From: a plasmid
Length of the DNA: 64,000 nt
Sequence record: NZ_CP028351.1
Reading direction: 5' to 3' (one strand)
Shown here: one piece after another, positions 11,829 through 22,804 of the stretch
Layout of the letters: each line of letters starts with the position of its first letter
Position numbering within the stretch: the first letter of the stretch is position 1
Translations under genes and position numbers: made by a program
The notes under the pieces: model-generated
Databases searched by the model: none
Seen by the model: the letters and a program-made list of their open reading frames with translations, nothing else
What the model was told of the DNA's origin: nothing

Positions 11829-14800
11829 ATGTTTTCTCGCTTTTTTATTTATCGCCCCGTCTTCGCATGGGTTGTTGCCATTTTAATTATGTTGCTTGGC
11901 GCGCTCTCTATTACGCTGCTGCCGGTTGAACAATATCCCGATGTTGCACCGCCCTCGGTGAATATTAGTGCAACTTACACCGGTGCCTCTGCGGAGACGC
12001 TGGAGAACAGCGTCACTCAGGTGATTGAGCAGCAGCTGACCGGGCTGGATAATCTGCTCTATTTTACCTCCAGCAGCAGCTCGCAGGGGAATGTGTCGGT
12101 CACCGTCACCTTCAGTCAGGGCACCGATCCGGACACCGCGCAGGTGCAGGTGCAGAACAAGGTACAGCAGGCGCTCTCCCGTCTGCCCAGCGAGGTGCAG
12201 CAGCTTGGCGTCACCGTGACCAAATCGCAGTCGAACTTCCTGTTGGTGATGGGGCTGTATGACACGACAGGCAAAAGCAACAGCACCGATATCGGCGACT
12301 GGCTGGTCAGCAATATGCAGGAGCCGCTGGCCAGGACCGAAGGCGTCGGTGACATCCAGGTGTTCGGCGGCCAGTATGCGATGCGCATCTGGCTCGATCC
12401 CTTCAAACTTAACGCCTTTGCGTTGCAGCCCTCCGACGTGTCTGCGGCGATACGCTCGCAGAACATTCAGGTTTCAGCCGGTAAAATTGGTGGCCTGCCA
12501 TCGCCCGACAATCAGCAACTTACCGCCACGGTCAGAGCGCAGTCGCGACTGCAGACACCTGAGCAATTCCGCAACATCATTGTTAAAAGTGATAAAAGCG
12601 GTGCCATCGTGCGGGTAGGGGATGTGGCGCGGGTGGAGCTGGGCGGCGAATCTTATGACATGACCACCCGACTCAACGGGCATCCTGCGGCGGGGGTCGG
12701 CGTAATGCTGGCTCCGGGTGCGAATGCGCTGGCCACGGCGACGCTGGTCAAAAACAAAGTTGAAGAATATCGCCATTCTATGCCGGAAGGTTACGAAGTG
12801 GCCTATGCCCTCGATAGCACCGATTTCATCAAAATCTCCGTTGAGGATGTGGTCATCACCCTGATCGAGGCGATCGCACTGGTGGTGGTGGTGATGTACT
12901 TGTTCCTGCAGAACATCCGCGCCACGCTGATACCGGCGCTGGCGGTGCCGGTCGTTCTGCTTGGCACCTTTGGCGTGCTGGCGCTGTGCGGCTATACCAT
13001 CAATACTCTGACGCTGTTTGCGATGGTGCTGGCCATCGGCCTGCTGGTGGATGATGCGATCGTGGTGGTGGAAAACGTCGAGCGCATTATGCATGACGAA
13101 GGTCTGCCGGCGCGTGAGGCAACGGAAAAGTCGATGAAAGAGATCTCCGGTGCGCTGGTGGCTATTGCGCTGGTGCTTTCCGCTGTCTTTCTGCCTATGG
13201 CCTTTTTCGCAGGCTCAACTGGCGTGATCTACCGGCAGTTCTCCGTGACTATCATAGCCGCCATGACCTTCTCTGTGGTGGTGGCGCTGACCCTGACGCC
13301 TGCGCTATGTGGCATGCTGCTGCGGCCAACAGCACCCCATCGCAAAGGCTTCTTTGGCGGATTTAACCGCTTTTATGCTGCCACCGAGCGTCAGTATCGT
13401 CACAAAGTGGTGAGAACGTTGCGTCGTCCGCTCATCATGGTGTCACTCTACGCCGCAATGGGCGTGGTACTGTTTGTCATGTTCACCCGACTGCCGGGTA
13501 GTTTCCTGCCGACTGAAGATCAGGGCAGCATTATGCTTCAGGCGACGTTGCCGGCGGGCGCTACGGCCAGCCGCACCGAGGCCGTCAATAAGCAGATCGT
13601 TGACTGGTTTCTGATGGAGGAGAAACAGAACATTGATGTGGTCTTTACCATCAACGGCTTTAACTTCAGCGGCGCAGCGCAGAATGCCGGTATGGCGTTT
13701 ATCAAGCTTAAAAACTGGGACCAGCGACCCGGCAGTGAGAACTCTGCTGAAGCGATTGCCGGACGCGCCACCTATGCACTTGCATCGATTCGGGATGCAC
13801 AGATCTTTGCGCTGACGCCGCCGTCGGTGCCGGGGCTGGGGCAGAATAATGGTTTCACCTATGAGCTGCTGGCCAGTGGTGGCACTACGCGTGAGCAGCT
13901 GGGCAGCCTGCGCGATCAGCTGTTACAGAGCGCCGCACAAAGCCCGGATCTGATCGGTGTGCGGGCGAATATCCTGCCACAGACACCGCAGCTGCAGATT
14001 GATATCGATACCAGCAAAGCGGTGGCGCTTGGACTTCAGCTGGATGATGTGACCGACACGCTGACCAGCGCCTGGGGCGGAGCCTACATTAATGACTTTA
14101 TCGATCGTGGCCGGGTGAAACGCGTTTATCTGCAGGGCGATGGTCAGTATCGCTCTGCGCCATCGGATCTGGATAAGTGGTACATCCGTAACAGTGAGGG
14201 CACCATGACGCCGTTCTCCGCATTTGCTTCGACCCGCTGGACCATGGGGCCGGAAAGTCTTAACCGCTACAACGGTTCTGCCTCCTATGAAATCCAGGGA
14301 CAAAACGCCGAAGGCTTCAGCTCTGGTGATGCCATGAACACCATTGAGCGGCTGGCGAATGAACTACCGGCAGGCACGACGGGTGCGTGGAGCGGACTTT
14401 CGCTGCAGGAGAAGCAGGCCGGCGGGCAGTCGACCACGCTTTATGCGATCTCGATTCTGGTGGTTTTCCTCTGTCTGGCGGCGCTGTATGAGAGCTGGAC
14501 GGTGCCGTTCTCCGTGCTGTTAGCGGTGCCACTCGGTGTACTGGGTACGGTGCTGGCCGTGGCGCTGCGCGGATTAAGCAACGATATCTACTTCCAGGTG
14601 GCGTTACTGACCACGGTCGGGCTGACGTCCAAAAATGCGATACTGATTATCGAATTTGCCGAGGATGCGGTGCGTCGGGGCAGTTCGCTGAGTGCTGCGG
14701 CGTTGCTGGCGGCGCGAACCCGCCTGCGACCGATTATGATGACCTCACTGGCCTTTATCGCCGGGGTGATCCCGCTGGCGGTGGCGACCGGTGCCGGTGC

Positions 14801-14933
14801 CAACAGCCGCATCGCCATCGGTACCGGTATCATTGGCGGCACGCTGGCGGGTACCGTGCTGGCTCTGTTTTTCGTTCCGCTGTTCTTTGTGCTGGTGAAG
14901 CACTACCTGACCCGGCATCGTGACGCAAAATAA
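11829..14933 (+). CDS. acrD: RND multidrug/aminoglycoside efflux permease, AcrD/AcrB family
   Basis: 1034 aa from MFSRFFIYRPVFAWVVAIL (AAGGAAGAGA RBS). Colinear with recalled E. coli AcrD across its length (LPVEQYPDVAPP, TVTQVIEQ, VVVVENVERIM, final ...LFFVLVKHYL). No membrane-fusion-protein gene upstream, as for E. coli acrD. Confidence 0.85.
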   Translation: MFSRFFIYRPVFAWVVAILIMLLGALSITLLPVEQYPDVAPPSVNISATYTGASAETLENSVTQVIEQQLTGLDNLLYFTSSSSSQGNVSVTVTFSQGTDPDTAQVQVQNKVQQALSRLPSEVQQLGVTVTKSQSNFLLVMGLYDTTGKSNSTDIGDWLVSNMQEPLARTEGVGDIQVFGGQYAMRIWLDPFKLNAFALQPSDVSAAIRSQNIQVSAGKIGGLPSPDNQQLTATVRAQSRLQTPEQFRNIIVKSDKSGAIVRVGDVARVELGGESYDMTTRLNGHPAAGVGVMLAPGANALATATLVKNKVEEYRHSMPEGYEVAYALDSTDFIKISVEDVVITLIEAIALVVVVMYLFLQNIRATLIPALAVPVVLLGTFGVLALCGYTINTLTLFAMVLAIGLLVDDAIVVVENVERIMHDEGLPAREATEKSMKEISGALVAIALVLSAVFLPMAFFAGSTGVIYRQFSVTIIAAMTFSVVVALTLTPALCGMLLRPTAPHRKGFFGGFNRFYAATERQYRHKVVRTLRRPLIMVSLYAAMGVVLFVMFTRLPGSFLPTEDQGSIMLQATLPAGATASRTEAVNKQIVDWFLMEEKQNIDVVFTINGFNFSGAAQNAGMAFIKLKNWDQRPGSENSAEAIAGRATYALASIRDAQIFALTPPSVPGLGQNNGFTYELLASGGTTREQLGSLRDQLLQSAAQSPDLIGVRANILPQTPQLQIDIDTSKAVALGLQLDDVTDTLTSAWGGAYINDFIDRGRVKRVYLQGDGQYRSAPSDLDKWYIRNSEGTMTPFSAFASTRWTMGPESLNRYNGSASYEIQGQNAEGFSSGDAMNTIERLANELPAGTTGAWSGLSLQEKQAGGQSTTLYAISILVVFLCLAALYESWTVPFSVLLAVPLGVLGTVLAVALRGLSNDIYFQVALLTTVGLTSKNAILIIEFAEDAVRRGSSLSAAALLAARTRLRPIMMTSLAFIAGVIPLAVATGAGANSRIAIGTGIIGGTLAGTVLALFFVPLFFVLVKHYLTRHRDAK

Positions 14934-15162
14934 CCCTCTCAGCTCGTCTGTCGGACAGGACCGGCGGGCTGAAATTACGGCTCCTGCGACTGAAAATAAA
15001 GCGTTCCGTCAGACCTGCTATTCGGGTCACGAATAACGGAGAGGTGAAATAGCGTAAAAGTATTTAATGGCAGAGAGAGATAAGGGATGAACATCGTCGT
15101 GAATTCATTCAGAAGAGATGCCACTCCATGGCGTAAAACGTCCTAAAGCGCTTTATTCAGAA

Positions 15163-15339
15163 TTACTTAGAAGGACGGCGACTAATCTTGCCTCCTTTCC
15201 GACCGGCTTCCCTGGCTTTTTCATGATCGTTTTTGAAATTGCCCCCACTGACCTTGCCTCCTGCACTGCCAGCTTCACTCGCACGTTCTGGATCGTTGGC
15301 AAAATTACCGGCACCACCTCTGTATTTCTGTTGTGTCAT
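15163..15339 (-). CDS. yciG: YciG-like KGG-repeat general stress protein (58 aa), absent from the ORF track
   Basis: Reverse complement of 15163..15339 translates MTQQKYRGGAGNFANDPERASEAGSAGGKVSGGNFKNDHEKAREAGRKGGKISRRPSK*. It carries GG-NF / KGG repeats like recalled E. coli YciG, with a GAGG RBS 7 nt upstream. It was missed only because it falls under 60 aa. Confidence 0.7.
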   Translation of the reverse strand: MTQQKYRGGAGNFANDPERASEAGSAGGKVSGGNFKNDHEKAREAGRKGGKISRRPSK

Positions 15340-15540
15340 AGGAAGACCTCATATCAATGTTCCATTAGATAAAAAGGACTAGCTAGTCACACCAGGAAGC
15401 TTAGTCGACCGCTTCGTTTATGCAAATGCACAGCGTTAATACCTTGATAAGTCAGAGATTAAACTTCGGCTGCCCGTTCGCCGCAGCAGGGCAAAGACCG
15501 ATGAACTACGCTTAAAGGCCTGACGAAAAAGGAGAATGCT

Positions 15541-15834
15541 ATGAGCGACGCGACATTAATCGACACGCTTGAGTTTGGTTCTGACGAGCAGAAGCAGAAA
15601 TATGAAATCTACGGCGATGATGCACAGACGCCCACTTTTGCTGTGATCTCACGACAGCAGGGCGATGGCTGGCAGAAACTGGAGGAAAAAATCAGCTTCG
15701 CCGCGCAGGATGAACAGCAGGAAGCGACGGGATCAATGGGCTACGGTTCCGGCGATACGCTGCCCGATTTACGCGATTTGCCTGCGGAAGCACGGGAGCG
15801 CTGCGAGCGGCACTGGCAGGAGCAGAGTGCATAA
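15541..15834 (+). CDS. Acidic hypothetical protein (97 aa)
   Basis: Strong RBS AAAAAGGAGAATGCT before the ATG. Very acidic (D/E/Q-rich) and I recognise no family. Confidence 0.45.
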   Translation: MSDATLIDTLEFGSDEQKQKYEIYGDDAQTPTFAVISRQQGDGWQKLEEKISFAAQDEQQEATGSMGYGSGDTLPDLRDLPAEARERCERHWQEQSA

Positions 15835-16280
15835 TGAGTAGAGCGCTGCTCATTTTTTAGCGGTGAAGTGGCCTGATGAAGAGAGACGCGTGAAGGCGGC
15901 AGAATAACCTTCTGAGCGCTCTCTTTTTCCGACAGCCACAATAAAAGAGACCCAGGTCCTTAAAAACGGATGAGTCTGCATCGCAAAAAGTAATCATCAG
16001 TCACCAGCACAGCTTTACATCTGCCCGCCACAGTCCTGTCCCGGCTTATTTTATGCTACTAAAATGTAACAACTTCATTCATTAAACCAACTGCAGCAAT
16101 CGCTAAAGGTTTTCCCGCTGGTGGCGATAACCCAATGGCGTTGAGCGCGCCACTCAATGATGAACCCGGCACTCAGCGACGAGTTCTGAACGCGAACGGA
16201 CCTGCATTTAGCCCTCCTTCTACGCACCAGAAAGCGCGAATTTAAGCGCAAATTACTCATATAAAAGTGAAAATAATAAT

Positions 16281-18254
16281 ATGTCGATCATTAAGACGAT
16301 CAAAAGACGCCTGCCTGTTGCCCGTCTTAGGCGTAGCAGCCAGCCAGCGAATGGCACCTGGGATTGTCGTGCATTGCCAGATTCACTCTCCTCCATTGGT
16401 TTAAGCTCGCGCGCGGGCGGCATTCTGATGACATTTGTTCCGCCTGAAGCCGATTTTCAGCGGGTCAGCCAGGCCTGGCAGCGCTTTAACACCCCCGATC
16501 TGACGGTACTGACGCTTTCCTCCAATGGTGCGCTGAGCAGCAGCCGATCGCAAAGCACCTACTGTGATGGCAATGGCCCGGAAGGAAGCTATCTCTGGCT
16601 GCCCGACACGTTGATCGCCAGCCATGAAACGCACATTGTCGATCTGCATGTTGCCGATACGCAGACCGCCAGTCAGCGTATCACCGCCATCCAGCAGGAG
16701 CTTATGCGGTTACAGGTGCGGATGCCGCTCTCGGCCGATCGGACTTTTGCGATGATTTACTGCGACGGCCTGTCGGCGTCAGAAGGCTTTCTGATGCAGG
16801 CCTGGTATAACAGCGGGCGCTTCCCGTGCCTGGCGATTGGCGGTTCAGCCGGTGGCAAAATTACCTTTGATGGCACCTGGATTGGTGTGGGTGGCAGGGT
16901 GCTGCAGGGCAAGGCCGTCATCGTGTTCTGCCAGATGGCAGCAGGAAAATCCTTTGCACCGTTTAAAAGCCAGAACTTCACGCCACGCGAACAGAGCTGG
17001 CTGATTGCTGAAGCCGATCCGATTGCGCGTACGGTCACTTCCGTGTTTAACCGCCAGGGGCAGCAGCAGCCGTTTGTGGCGTCGCTGTGTGAGCATCTTA
17101 ACTGCACCGAGGCGCAACTGACTGAACGCCTGAAGGGGCTGACCTTTGGTGTCAAAGTCGGCGGCGAATATTTTATTCGCTCAATCGCCAAAATTGAGTC
17201 GGGTGGCGTGCAGTTTTTCTGTGACCTTGAGTTTGGCGATCGGCTGTTCCTGATGGAAGAAAAAGACTTTAAACAGGCGACACAGCAGGAGTGGCAGGCT
17301 TTTACCGCCCGGCACGGCAAACCCGCGGCGATTCTGATGAACGACTGCATCCTGCGTCGTGTCGGTAATGCCGATAAGCTGCACAATGCTCATTTCTTCA
17401 AAGGGATTGCCGCCGCCGGTTTTTCCAGCTTTGGTGAAATCCTGGGCGTGCCTATCAACCAGACGCTTTCTGCGCTGGTGTTTTTCAATCATGACGTCAA
17501 AGCGATGAGCCAGTTCCCGGTGGAGTATGCCGGCTATGCGGCCCATTACGCGCAGCGCGCGTTACGCCGCTGGGAAGCGCTGAACACCATTCAGACGCGG
17601 GTGCTGGATCGGGTTATCAACTATCAGCAGGCGCTGACGCCGCTGATGGAGGCGCTACCAGTACTCGAAACGGCGACGCACAGCCAGGGAGAAACGCTGA
17701 GCCTTGCAGAAAGCAGTATCCGTAACATCAGCAACATCGCCACTGAGAGTCAGCAGGCGCAGGGCCGGCTGGATGAAGGGCTGGACGATCTGGAAAAAAT
17801 CTCGAATGGCATTAATGAGATTACACATGGCATCAGCAATATTGCTTTCCAGACCAACATCCTGGCGCTGAATGCCGCCGTCGAAGCAGCACGCGCAGGC
17901 GAGGCTGGCCGCGGCTTTGCGGTAGTCGCGGGTGAAGTTCGTCGTCTGGCACATTCGTCGAAAGAGCAGGCCGAAGCCACGGCGAGTAACATTGGCGAGG
18001 CGGTCACCACCATCTCACGTATCCGGCTGGTGGCGAGTGACTCGGCGCAGACGGCTGCACAGATGGCGGAGCGCAGTATCAGCGCGGCCGATACTCTGGC
18101 GGCCATGAATCAGCAGACCCGACATGAGCGCGCCGACATTGCGAAGCATCTCGGCAGCCTGCGTGAACTGACGCAGGGAATGGATGCGATGCAGGAAGCG
18201 GTCGCGCAGCTCAAAGTGTTACAAACGCTTTCCGGGGCGCAGGTTAAAGGCTGA
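16281..18254 (+). CDS. Cytoplasmic methyl-accepting chemotaxis protein with N-terminal FIST sensor domains
   Basis: 657 aa with no predicted TM segment. The N-terminal ~400 aa look like FIST_N/FIST_C. The C-terminus is an MCP signalling domain ([43 protein letters not shown]). The true start may be the internal ATG at 16428 ([10 protein letters not shown]). Confidence 0.75.
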   Translation: MSIIKTIKRRLPVARLRRSSQPANGTWDCRALPDSLSSIGLSSRAGGILMTFVPPEADFQRVSQAWQRFNTPDLTVLTLSSNGALSSSRSQSTYCDGNGPEGSYLWLPDTLIASHETHIVDLHVADTQTASQRITAIQQELMRLQVRMPLSADRTFAMIYCDGLSASEGFLMQAWYNSGRFPCLAIGGSAGGKITFDGTWIGVGGRVLQGKAVIVFCQMAAGKSFAPFKSQNFTPREQSWLIAEADPIARTVTSVFNRQGQQQPFVASLCEHLNCTEAQLTERLKGLTFGVKVGGEYFIRSIAKIESGGVQFFCDLEFGDRLFLMEEKDFKQATQQEWQAFTARHGKPAAILMNDCILRRVGNADKLHNAHFFKGIAAAGFSSFGEILGVPINQTLSALVFFNHDVKAMSQFPVEYAGYAAHYAQRALRRWEALNTIQTRVLDRVINYQQALTPLMEALPVLETATHSQGETLSLAESSIRNISNIATESQQAQGRLDEGLDDLEKISNGINEITHGISNIAFQTNILALNAAVEAARAGEAGRGFAVVAGEVRRLAHSSKEQAEATASNIGEAVTTISRIRLVASDSAQTAAQMAERSISAADTLAAMNQQTRHERADIAKHLGSLRELTQGMDAMQEAVAQLKVLQTLSGAQVKG

Positions 18255-18358
18255 TTTATCAGCATAAAAGACAAAAAAGTGCGGTGTAAGCGTAACGGCC
18301 AGGCAAGGCAGGCTTTCAGTTGTTACACTTGTCGGTGATTAACCACGCAGAGGTACTA

Positions 18359-19375
18359 ATGAAAATCAAAAGTTATGCAGCCATGCAGGCTGGCCAGGCC
18401 CTTGAACTCTATGAGTACGATGCCGCCGAACTGGCAGCCGAAGAAGTCGAAGTCCAGGTCGAATATTGTGGCGTCTGCCACTCAGATCTGTCGATGATCG
18501 ATAACGAGTGGGGCATCTCTCAGTTCCCGGTGATTGCAGGACATGAAGTGATTGGCCGCGTCTCTGCCCTTGGCGAAGCGGCTAAAAGCAAAGGTCTCTC
18601 AATCGGCCAGCGTGTAGGAATCGGCTGGACAGCTAAAAGCTGTCAGCACTGCGATGCCTGTATCAACGGCGAGCAGGTTAACTGTCAGCAGGGCAGCATC
18701 CCGACCATCATGAATAAGGGTGGTTTTGCCGAGAAGTTGCGCGCCGACTGGCAATGGGTTATCCCGCTGCCGGAAAAACTGGATGCGGCCAGCGCCGGTC
18801 CGCTGCTGTGCGGCGGTATTACCGTATTCAAACCGCTGCTGATGAGCAACATCACTGCGACCAGCCGTGTTGGCGTGATTGGTATCGGCGGTCTGGGCCA
18901 TATCGCGATCAAACTCCTGCACGCGATGGGTGCCGAAGTCGTGGCCTTCAGCTCAACGCCGGATAAGAAGCAGTCGATTCTGGATATGGGTGCGGATGAA
19001 GTGGTTAACAGCCGTGATCCTGAAGCCCTGAAGAAACAGGCGGGTCGTTTTGATCTGATCCTGAGCACCGTGGCAGTCGACCTGGACTGGAAACCTTATT
19101 TCGCCGCGCTGGCGCCTCAGGGTAAATTCCACACCGTGGGTGCCGTGATGAAGCCAATTGAAGTCAGCGCGTTTGATCTGATCCTGGGCGACAAAGCGGT
19201 AACCGGTTCGTCAACCGGCTCACCAGGTCAGCTGCGCTCGCTGCTGCGACTCGCTTCGCGTGCAGATATTGCGCCACAGGTTGAGTTCTTCCCGATGTCA
19301 GACATCAATAAAGCGCTGGATCACGTCCGCGCCGGCAAAGCTAATTACCGTGTAGTTCTGAAAGCCGATTTCTGA
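18359..19375 (+). CDS. ahr: NADPH-dependent aldehyde reductase Ahr (YjgB), Zn-dependent alcohol dehydrogenase family
   Basis: 339 aa from MKIKSYAA (AGAGG RBS). Near-colinear with recalled E. coli Ahr ([61 protein letters not shown], final YRVVLKADF). Confidence 0.85.
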   Translation: MKIKSYAAMQAGQALELYEYDAAELAAEEVEVQVEYCGVCHSDLSMIDNEWGISQFPVIAGHEVIGRVSALGEAAKSKGLSIGQRVGIGWTAKSCQHCDACINGEQVNCQQGSIPTIMNKGGFAEKLRADWQWVIPLPEKLDAASAGPLLCGGITVFKPLLMSNITATSRVGVIGIGGLGHIAIKLLHAMGAEVVAFSSTPDKKQSILDMGADEVVNSRDPEALKKQAGRFDLILSTVAVDLDWKPYFAALAPQGKFHTVGAVMKPIEVSAFDLILGDKAVTGSSTGSPGQLRSLLRLASRADIAPQVEFFPMSDINKALDHVRAGKANYRVVLKADF

Positions 19376-19647
19376 TGCGAACCTGAAATGAACATGCCGC
19401 AGCCTGCTGCGGCATTTTTTTGTCCTCATGTTGTCAGCCCTGATACTGAAAATTCGTTTCACACTCAGGTCATGCCCATTTTTCCATCACCCTCAGACTC
19501 CATTCAGCGATACATTCAAAAGTGGCCCGAATCCATCGAACACTGTCCTGTGAGCCTGTCACGCGCAGGTCAGAGAGTACCGTAAAGTGAACTTATCGCA
19601 GCCTGTAAGCCTGCCTGATGTTAAAGAGACCCTTTGCGGAGCACAAA

Positions 19648-20427
19648 ATGAAACTGACCCAGATTCGTAATGCCACACTGCTGCTGGAGTATGCAGGCAA
19701 AAAATTCCTGATCGATCCGATGCTGGCAGATAAAGACGCGTGGCCTGGCTTTGCCGGTAATGCCCGTCACCATCTGCGCAATCCCATGGCTGAACTGCCT
19801 CTCCCGGTTGAGGCACTGCTGGCGGTAGACGCAGTGATTGTCACCCATACACATATGGACCACTGGGACGAGGCCGCGCAGCAGCTGATACCAAAGACGA
19901 TGATGATCTACAGCCAGAATGAACGTGATGCAGCGCTGATTCGTTCGCAGGGTTTTGCACATGTTCGGGTGCTGCAGGATGAAAATCCGTTTGTTGACGG
20001 CCTGACGATCCACAAAACGGAGGGTCAGCATGGCAGCAATGCGTTGTATGCCGACAAAGTCATGGGCGATATTCTGGGCGATGCCTGCGGTCTGGTGTTT
20101 ACCCATCCGTCCGAAAAAACGCTCTACATTGCCGGGGATACCGTCTGGGTTAAACCTTATGTCAGAACGCTGCAACGTTTTCAGCCGCAGGTCGTGGTAA
20201 TCAATGCCGGCAATGCGACTAACGATCTCTATGGCCCCATTATTATGGGAAAGGAGGATACGCTGCGCACCCTCAATATTCTGCCTGAAACGACTCTGGT
20301 GACTTCGCACATGGAAGCGATTAACCATTGTCTGTTGACACGCGCTGAACTGCGCGCTTACACCCTGGAACAGGGTATTGCTGACCGGGTACTAATCCCG
20401 GAAGATGGTGAAGCAATGACATTCTGA
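19648..20427 (+). CDS. MBL-fold metallo-hydrolase
   Basis: 259 aa from MKLTQIRNATL. HTHMDHWD motif. Confidence 0.7.
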   Translation: MKLTQIRNATLLLEYAGKKFLIDPMLADKDAWPGFAGNARHHLRNPMAELPLPVEALLAVDAVIVTHTHMDHWDEAAQQLIPKTMMIYSQNERDAALIRSQGFAHVRVLQDENPFVDGLTIHKTEGQHGSNALYADKVMGDILGDACGLVFTHPSEKTLYIAGDTVWVKPYVRTLQRFQPQVVVINAGNATNDLYGPIIMGKEDTLRTLNILPETTLVTSHMEAINHCLLTRAELRAYTLEQGIADRVLIPEDGEAMTF

Positions 20428-20498
20428 GCATCGTCGTCCTGAACCGGCACAGCTACGCGGTAAGGGCTAAATCATGCGTTTCATAAAAAGGGGATAAG

Positions 20499-21491
20499 AT
20501 GACTGCTCTGAACGTCGCGGTGCTGGCAACGGCCGGTTTTAGTCCGTTTCATTTTTCAGTTCCCTGCATTCTGTTCGGCTCTGCTCTCCCGCAGCAGGGT
20601 CTGTTTCAGATTGATATCTGCGCAGAAAAAAAAGGCCCGGTGATCTCAGATATGGGGCTGTCAATCATGGAGGCAAACGGGCTCGGCCTGCTCGATCGGG
20701 CCGATATCATTATTGTGCCATACTGGCATAATCCGGCTGAAAAACCGTCGCAGGCGCTGCTGGATAAGCTGGTAGCTGCCTGGCAGCGTGGCGCAGAGGT
20801 GGTCGGACTTTGTCTGGGGACTTACGTACTGGCTTATGCAGGCCTGCTTGATCAGCATCGTGCTGCTACTCACTGGGAATTTGAGCGCGATTTCAGCGAA
20901 CGCTTTCCACAGGTTCACCTCGACAGCAATGCCCTTTATACCCGGGACGATCGTCTGATCACCTCTGCCGGCACCGCGGCGGGTATCGACTGCTGTCTGG
21001 ACATCATTCGTCAGCACTATGGCAGCGCTGTAGCGAATCGGGTAGCCAGGCGTATGGTGGTGCCGCCTTACCGTGAAGGTGGGCAGGCGCAGTTTATTGA
21101 GCGGCCGGTTCCGGAAACGACCCGCGACGGCAGGATCAATGCGCTGCTGGCCTCCCTGCGAGAGACTATCCATCAGCCGCAGGATCTCGACACCCTGTCA
21201 CAGTCGCTTGGTATGAGCCGGCGGACGCTGACGCGCCATTTTCACAAGGCGACGGGCATGTCACTGGGTGAGTGGCTGACGGCTGAGCGTCTGCAGCATA
21301 GTCAGCAGTTACTCGAAACCACCGGTATCAGTATTGAAAGCGTGGCAGCAAGGGCAGGTTTTGATTCGCCTGTTTCATTCCGTCAGCGTTTCAAATCCCG
21401 GTTTGGCGTCACTCCCAGCGAGTGGCGCCGGACGTTTCGCGGTCCACAGCCGGAGATGAACAACGCGAGAGTGGCGGAAGATAATGTGTGA
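20499..21491 (+). CDS. GlxA-family transcriptional regulator (DJ-1/PfpI domain + AraC-type HTH)
   Basis: 330 aa. The N-terminal half has the DJ-1/PfpI class-I glutamine amidotransferase-like fold. The C-terminal AraC HTH reads LSQSLGMSRRTLTRHFHKATGMSLGEWLTAERLQHSQQLL...SVAARAGFDSPVSFRQRFKSRFGVTPSEWRR. Confidence 0.8.
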   Translation: MTALNVAVLATAGFSPFHFSVPCILFGSALPQQGLFQIDICAEKKGPVISDMGLSIMEANGLGLLDRADIIIVPYWHNPAEKPSQALLDKLVAAWQRGAEVVGLCLGTYVLAYAGLLDQHRAATHWEFERDFSERFPQVHLDSNALYTRDDRLITSAGTAAGIDCCLDIIRQHYGSAVANRVARRMVVPPYREGGQAQFIERPVPETTRDGRINALLASLRETIHQPQDLDTLSQSLGMSRRTLTRHFHKATGMSLGEWLTAERLQHSQQLLETTGISIESVAARAGFDSPVSFRQRFKSRFGVTPSEWRRTFRGPQPEMNNARVAEDNV

Positions 21492-21583
21492 TCCGGCAGG
21501 GATGACTACCGGCATCGCGGGGATGTCCAGGCCGGCATAGTGCCCCACCATAGCGGTCACTATTCCGGCAGCAATGCTTGCGA

Positions 21584-21985
21584 CTAAAGCAGGAAATCAT
21601 CCAGCGACTGGCCATTTTCAATCGCCGCCTTAATGACCGAGGGAGTTCGCCCCTGACCTGTCCAGTCGCGAACCTGACCATTTTCATCGGTGTAACGATA
21701 TTTCGCCGGACGTTTCGCGCGTTTCTTTTTCCCGGATACCGCGAGAGCATCGCTATTCACCAGTTCCGCCGGATTGATTCCTTCCTCCATCAACAGCTCA
21801 TGATAAAAAGCCAGCTTCTCCGCTTTTTCGCGGGCTTCTGCCGCTCGTGCGTTTTCCTCATCACGACGCTCATTTACCACGGTCTCTAATTTCTGGCGCA
21901 ACTCTTCGAGCATATCCAGAGCCATATTGCGCGCCTCTGCACGAAGCGTGCGGATATTATTCAGGCTGCTCAGGTTCTTAGTCAT
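21584..21985 (-). CDS. H-NS family nucleoid-associated protein (paralog 1)
   Basis: 133 aa from [19 protein letters not shown] (GAGGA RBS). The C-terminus has the H-NS DNA-binding core [27 protein letters not shown]. Roughly 55-60% identical to recalled E. coli H-NS by eye. Confidence 0.85.
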   Translation of the reverse strand: MTKNLSSLNNIRTLRAEARNMALDMLEELRQKLETVVNERRDEENARAAEAREKAEKLAFYHELLMEEGINPAELVNSDALAVSGKKKRAKRPAKYRYTDENGQVRDWTGQGRTPSVIKAAIENGQSLDDFLL

Positions 21986-22259
21986 AAAATTCCTCAAATA
22001 CTCAAGTTAATCAATAAAGTGCAAATTATTCAGCCAGCAAGGGTAACATTTACCTGCCTGAGAATTGAAGCTTAAATGTGGGTTAATTCGCTATAAATCC
22101 TGCATTATGGATACTGGTTGAGCCATTTGAGGAGAAGATTTAAGCGAATTCTGCTGGTTTAATAGGGATTGTCATTATCGAAGTGGGATTGCGGTGATTT
22201 GCATTCGTGCTTTTGACTAACCGTGCTGAAATCAGTCAACAGGGATTATCAAGGAAGGC

Positions 22260-22747
22260 ATGAAGTTTCGCCGTAAAAATAATGGTTCTGCGCCAGAAAT
22301 TTCGCCGCTGCTGAGAAGCATTATGCTCTCAGGCGTATTGCTCACCGTGGCGGTAATTGGATTGAATCTTTGGACGCTGCGGGAAGACTGGAATGAAACC
22401 GTCCGTAAAGCTGAGGATACGGCCGTGAATCTTTCACTGTCGCAGGCGCGTCAGGCTGACGATACGTTTCTGCAAACCGAACTTTCATTGCGCGAAGTGC
22501 AACGCGAGCTTGAAAAGCAGCTCGCCACCACATCGCAGCCGTTAATCGGCTCGCTATTCCGCATATGACTACTGAGCTGCCGCAAAAGCACGTCACCCTG
22601 AGTGCTGGCTGTGCCATGTATTTCGCTACTGATTTACAGCATGGGAAACAGGGGCTTATAAAGCGCGCGGATGAGGCTTTGTATCGTGCGAAACGGGCAG
22701 GGCGCAATCGGGTAATGTGTGAAGAACGTCCGGCTAAGCACGCATGA
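22260..22747 (+). pseudogene. Diguanylate cyclase remnant: N-terminal signal/TM segment and the last ~55 aa of a GGDEF domain, with the middle deleted
   Basis: ORF 22260..22568 has a TM helix (LLRSIMLSGVLLTVAVIGLNLW) then a short periplasmic-like stretch. ORF 22565..22747 reads VTLSAGCA...ADEALYRAKRAGRNRV, which is a GGDEF C-terminus (compare DgcQ ISASLGVS...ADRRLYLAKQAGRNRV). The A-site and GGDEF motif are missing. Confidence 0.55.
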
Positions 22748-22804
22748 TGAAATTCTGAACTGCCCTGTGGCACGATGATCGCTCAACTTCAACAGGGAGC
22801 GATC

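Noticed and set aside
12474-13094. 206-aa minus-strand ORF inside the acrD-like gene (and similar antisense ORFs 16757..17386, 19621..20328, 39400..39924, 44047..44739, 58692..59195, 62675..63496)
   Set aside because: All lie antisense within well-supported long genes, are His/Arg/Gln-rich as expected of GC-rich antisense frames, and lack RBSs.
15118-15372. Plus-strand 84-aa ORF from the six-frame track
   Set aside because: It has no RBS and low complexity. The opposite strand encodes a textbook YciG-like KGG protein with a proper RBS, so the plus-strand ORF is the shadow.
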